The notes beneath the pieces are model-generated. The model saw only the letters and a list, made by a program, of their open reading frames with translations. It had not been told where the DNA came from and did no database searches. A program made the translations under genes and the position numbers. Below are positions 58,960 to 64,000 of a stretch of DNA of 64,000 nt, piece after piece (position 1 is the stretch's first letter; each line of letters starts with the position of its first letter). Origin of the DNA: Macrostomum hystrix (taxonomy: Eukaryota; Animalia; Platyhelminthes); the NCBI GenBank assembly GCA_950097015.1, contig CATNEN010000001.1, forward strand, positions 3,782,001 through 3,846,000. The letters are read 5' to 3'.

Positions 58960-61900
58960 GCGACTGGCTTGGCTAAGGCTCTTCAGGTTGCCTAGCTGTA
59001 CCTTTCTATACTAAGCAAAATAATTCTTATACACGTTGATTAGTTTCCTTTGCTTGATTATAAATAATGCAGTTAAATAAATTGACTTAAAGTGCTGAAA
59101 GTTTAGGAAAACAAAAAATGAAATAAAAGTCGAAAGATGAGGCTTTATGTGTTGCAAATAATTTTCACAAAAAAAGTGCTGAAATTTAAGTTATATGTAT
59201 ATATTACTGTCAATCATATGAATTATAATTACAATGACTTCAATAACACTAATATATATACTGCAATAATGTGTCCATAAGCTTGATTCTAAAGCAAGGA
59301 GGCCACATCTCTGGCCTACTCATTGGAGAATGATTGTCAAGGATAGCTTGACTATTGATAGGTCTAAGCAATTATTCTCATTAAAGCACAGATCTTAACT
59401 TTTCATATTTGCAAGCATTTAAACAAATTAGCCCTATTTTGTTTTACAAAGGCCTTTGTCACCTACAGTTGGTGAAAATGTTAATATATATACTGATTAT
59501 TTTGATCTCTTCATATAATAATAAATATTTAAATATTCTATTTACTTGTAATTTTGCTTTGAATTTAATGTCAGACACTATAACAGATAAAAATATATAT
59601 TATTTATTTTTTATTTCTTTATTATAGTATAAACATAACCTCGTCAACACTTTTTAACTCAATCTATAAATTTAACTGTCTAGGAAAACATGGCAACACA
59701 CAAAACTTCTCTCTGTATGACAATGCAGAGTTAAGCCATTAGATACAAAATTCATTTTAACAGAAGCTTCCCTATATTGAATTATAGTTTTTTTAAAGGC
59801 AATTTACCTAAGTACTGTTATTATGGTTGCTATCATCATTTTATGTATGAATTTTATGTTTTAAATAGGGTAATGTATCATCAACCAAACAAGAATGTGT
59901 AGTTTTTTAACTTCAAACCTAAGCTACAGATTTTCTATTTAAGATATGATGATAAATCAAAAGCCAAGTTATAGAAAACAGTTACATCTTTCTAATAAGT
60001 ATCTGCTTTCGCTATTTTATCAAATAGAAAAAATGTTATTCCTACTTTTTATCTAAAACTGAACAATGATTTTCATGTATCTTCAAACCAAACAGAGAAT
60101 TTGATGTTTGGTTTTACAATTTGAGTGAGTGGTTTAATCTTATTTTAAGGAGTGAACTATCATGAATTATGTCATTTGAAAGCATTTTTCATGCTCTATA
60201 AATAACTACATTTATGGCCATTTAATTGGCAAGCAACCACATACAATCTTTGTCTAAAGTACATACAGAAAATTTTTTGTTAAAAAGTATGCTTTCGCAA
60301 TAAAAATTTCTACTGAAACATCAATATCTTTCTTTCCTCTTAATGCTTCATTGCAAATCATGCCTCAGCTTGTAAATAATTTCTTCAACTTTCAAATTAG
60401 TTGTTCAAATAGCTTCTTGTTTGTCTTGCACGAGACCAAGGAAGGAGTCAAAATTCTTGTTCGGTTTTAAGATACACTGTTTGATTGATGATAGGCCTAC
60501 ATTACCCTAATAATATGCTTTAGCCTATGGCTATACCCAGTTTCCAATTGCTTTGTATGACACCAAGCTAGTCAGCTTGGTCTAGATCAGCCTAGATGTA
60601 GCCAACCAATTAAATCAAACTATACATATGCACTCCAAAATATATATTTGGAATGATTTAATATGCTTTGTTTAAATTCTCAAATTCAAAACTACCTTAG
60701 GCCTATTATTACCCCTACTGAACTTTGACACACAATCACTACAGAATTTGCATACAACATTTTTATACTTATCATATGATTTTTTCTGATTGTTTTATTG
60801 TTTCAAAATGATTTCTTAATGTTTTTAAAATCAAGCTTTTTATAAAAACTGCTTAATGAGCAATTCTCAAAGAATGCCTCATTTTGTAAGTGTAGTAGTT
60901 GCAATTTATGCCGTATTTTTACATTTAAAGTTTTTCCTAGAAACGCAGCGTTAACGTAGAATTGAATAATTTGTTTAAGTGTCGTATTTTGTTTTAACTA
61001 TGTCCGCCGCCCCAATAAATTTATATATATATACGAGTGATTTCAGACGGGAAAAAGACAACTCGCGTTCCTCCCGCAAGTTCGGAAAGCAAACTGTCAA
61101 AGCAAGTGAATAAAGTTGTTCTTATTCTTTTAGCTAAAGACTACAAGCTGGAAATTGTATGTCATAAGCGAGAATTCGTACTGAAATAAGATATACAGGT
61201 TGGAGCTGATCCAGACAGTAAAACCCAGAAGGGATTAAATTAATGCAGATTTTGCAGAAGGAAATAAAAGGAAACTAAAGGAGTAATTCCAAATAAGAGA
61301 GAGAGAGTGTGAGATTGGACACCCTCCGATCCACTGGTAGCCTTTGTCGGACTGAACTTAATAAAAGACTGTGTGTCACTAACATAAAATATACATATGA
61401 GTTATTCGTGTGAATCAGATTAAAATAGTGTCTTACCGCTCGGACACTTGCATGCTATCACAGAGTAAATAACTACTCTAATATAATATTATAAAGTGTT
61501 ATACTAATTAAAATTGCTAAAGTTTAAAAGCCCTGTGACCATTTGATAGAATATTAACAAATAAGAAAGGGCCCTCCCACATAAGGTGCTGAACAAAACT
61601 GCTGAGATTTGGATTCGGATTTAGATTTGGAAACTGTAATTGCACAAGAACAGAATTGGTGCCTATTCAAATAAAAATAATAGAATGTGCGAACTTGCCA
61701 ATTGCCATTGGAAGTTCAACATAGGCTGTAACAGACATATAGGTTAGTAGGCCTAATATAACATCTGCTGCTAGGAATAACCACTTTGACTATGGCAACA
61801 AATCATGACCACTTTGGTAGGCCTATTTGTAGCAGTAGCAGGCAATTCAGTAACAGAAATTACAAGTGAACACCTTTTTTCTTTACTGCTAAATAAATAC

Positions 61901-64000
61901 TAAGCCTATTTTCATGTTGTAAAGAGGAAGCTTGATTTTTTAAACATTTTTATCATTATCAAGTGACAAGTAAATATTTTAGCTATATTACTAATGGAAT
62001 TATTAAGTTTAAGTAGGGACTAGCAAGAAACTAACGACTTTTCAATAATAACGAAAATCATAGAAATACTGCAATAGCATTAGCATAGCCATAGGGGAGG
62101 GCCTTGCTTGTCAGGCAGGCCTAATTAGCTACGTAGCGAAGAACTGCAATATTGCAATAAAATATTAATTGCAACAGTCTTTTACACATGCTAACGTGAA
62201 AAAAATCTCATAGCTCATAGGCCTAACTGGCTGCTGAGAAGAGATCACGGTCGACCGGGCGTGTCATGTCGGTTCACTCACTGTAGTTAATGGCCAGCGA
62301 AGTGCTTATATGACAACTTGGGCTCTCTTTTTCTTCTCTTTTAAACTTGCAAGTTGGCAAAATTTGGTTAAAACAAAACTTGCTAATTCTTTACACAATA
62401 ATTAACAGTATAGACAAAAATATTAACTTAAATAGGTTTTATAGGAATAATTAAAAAATGTATGGCTGAAGAATGTGTTCTGTACTTTTTACGCACAGTT
62501 TAAATTACTTTATGGAAATAATATCGCGTCGTCGCAAACTTCAAACTTCATACATGAACTCAAGTCATAATTAGAGAGAATTTCTCATTCAACCAACTAT
62601 TTCACGACTTTGGTACTAAAAGTTTACAGAATGCGTTACTTTAAGTAGACATACTCGTATTTCAGTATATTTCTACAAACAGCGATCACATATATTTATA
62701 CATTACAGTTTGGACTGTTGCAATTGTGAATGTGATATGTGTCCAAACTCCAAACTCGATACTAAGTATTTAGTAGTCCCTGGGCGGTGAAAGCCCGATC
62801 AGACTCCCTCAAAACGCCCATCCACGTATTTTAATTTACGCGAATCCTTAGTACTTTATCCGAATGTTAACTTGAATTTATTTATCTCCTTAATGTAATA
62901 TATTTAAGACCAAAAATTGCATAGATAATTCAGATAATTGATAAGCAAATTCATAATTAATGAGCTATTGCGCAACTATTACGGAATATCACCCCCCCGC
63001 ACCTCCCCGCAAGCTTACTGTACAAAGTCGGGTCAATCAGAGTGCGGCAGGGCTCGGTACACATCTGCGCACGGTCAAGGCTGGAATGGGTCAACAGAGA
63101 CTTTCCATCACGCTTCTCGCACGTGATGCGTAAATTCTCCCCAATATAATCTCGTCGCTATTCCTCCAAAAAAGCCTTTCGTTCTGACATCTTCAGGCGC
63201 GCTTGCCTCCCGTTGGACCCTTTCGTCCCGTTCGACATGTTCCGACGTTCCGATAACTCGGACCCGTTGAACCCCTTCGGAGAAAATTTAGAAAGTTTTG
63301 AACCTCAATATTTAAACTTTAGAAACTGCCTCAGGTAGGATTGTGTAAAGTACAAAAGAAGCGCCTATGCGAAAGACCTTGCTTCCAGCAGCTCTGACCA
63401 GGACACCCAGTAGATTCTCAGCATAGAGTCCCTCTAGCGACCAATTATTGTTTCTCTTTCTGACCTTTAGTATTAGTCGTAGGAACCGGGGTCCCTGTCT
63501 CGTCAGTAGGTTTTAGTTATGGAATCTAGAACAGCAAGGGGTGGTGGCAGAACTACTCAAAGTAGTCCCTACCTTAAAACTCCATGGCTAGATTCAGAGG
63601 ATACAAAGGGACCTTGGCCAATAGGACCACAATCCAGCTACCAACCATCACTAGGGCCGGTGTCTCTGGGAGAGTAAGGCCTTATCCCCTTCCACCTTGG
63701 GATCAGCACCGTGGGATTCCAGCGCTCGAGAGTTGAGCCAATCCCAGGGTTCATCAAGTGCAACGTGACTCAGACTCTCCGCGGGTTATTTTTAACCACT
63801 GCCGCACTGCGCAATTGATTTTCTGCTCTGCCCCACTAGATACTGTCATGGGGACAATAATGATGCATAGTTACCGATAGCGATCTTCAATCTTCTCTGG
63901 TCTTGTAAAATTATGCACCGCTACTTACAAATATTGTCCAATCAAAGAACAACATGTACCTTTTCGAGGTATGCTCTAAATTGACATTATTATAACATCG

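Noticed and set aside
63450-63510. Hammerhead-like CTGACGA...GAAA on -
   Set aside because: I could not form stems I-III with the correct core spacing.

Overview
Eukaryotic (animal) genomic DNA with GT-AG introns, tRNA-derived SINEs, TE remnants and very dense minisatellites (about a third of the window). The style suggests a flatworm such as Macrostomum; that is inference, not shown by the sequence. Most six-frame ORFs are satellite artefacts, so I rebuilt genes by hand from splice sites and phases. The eight genes are: (1) a Gly/RGG-rich + CCHC zinc-knuckle + RS protein ending in a CaaX box; (2) an intronless QPGQW-repeat type I membrane protein; (3) a PAN-like + ALK/LTK-type glycine-rich protein with a GC-AG intron; (4) a 6-exon TTLL10-like ligase; (5) a TMEM272-like protein; (6) a tail-anchored, divergent class II aldolase-fold protein; (7) a ZAP/PARP12-type protein with eight CCCH fingers and an RS tail; (8) an R7-family RGS. 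Mobile elements include an RTE-like LINE fragment, a Gypsy integrase remnant, two solo-LTR-like inserts, a Myb-carrying Harbinger element with a nested MITE, other MITEs and two SINE families. The best leads for new biology are the membrane-anchored aldolase (possible HGT), the PARP-less ZAP-like SR protein and the putatively prenylated RGG-zinc-knuckle protein. No database searches were run.
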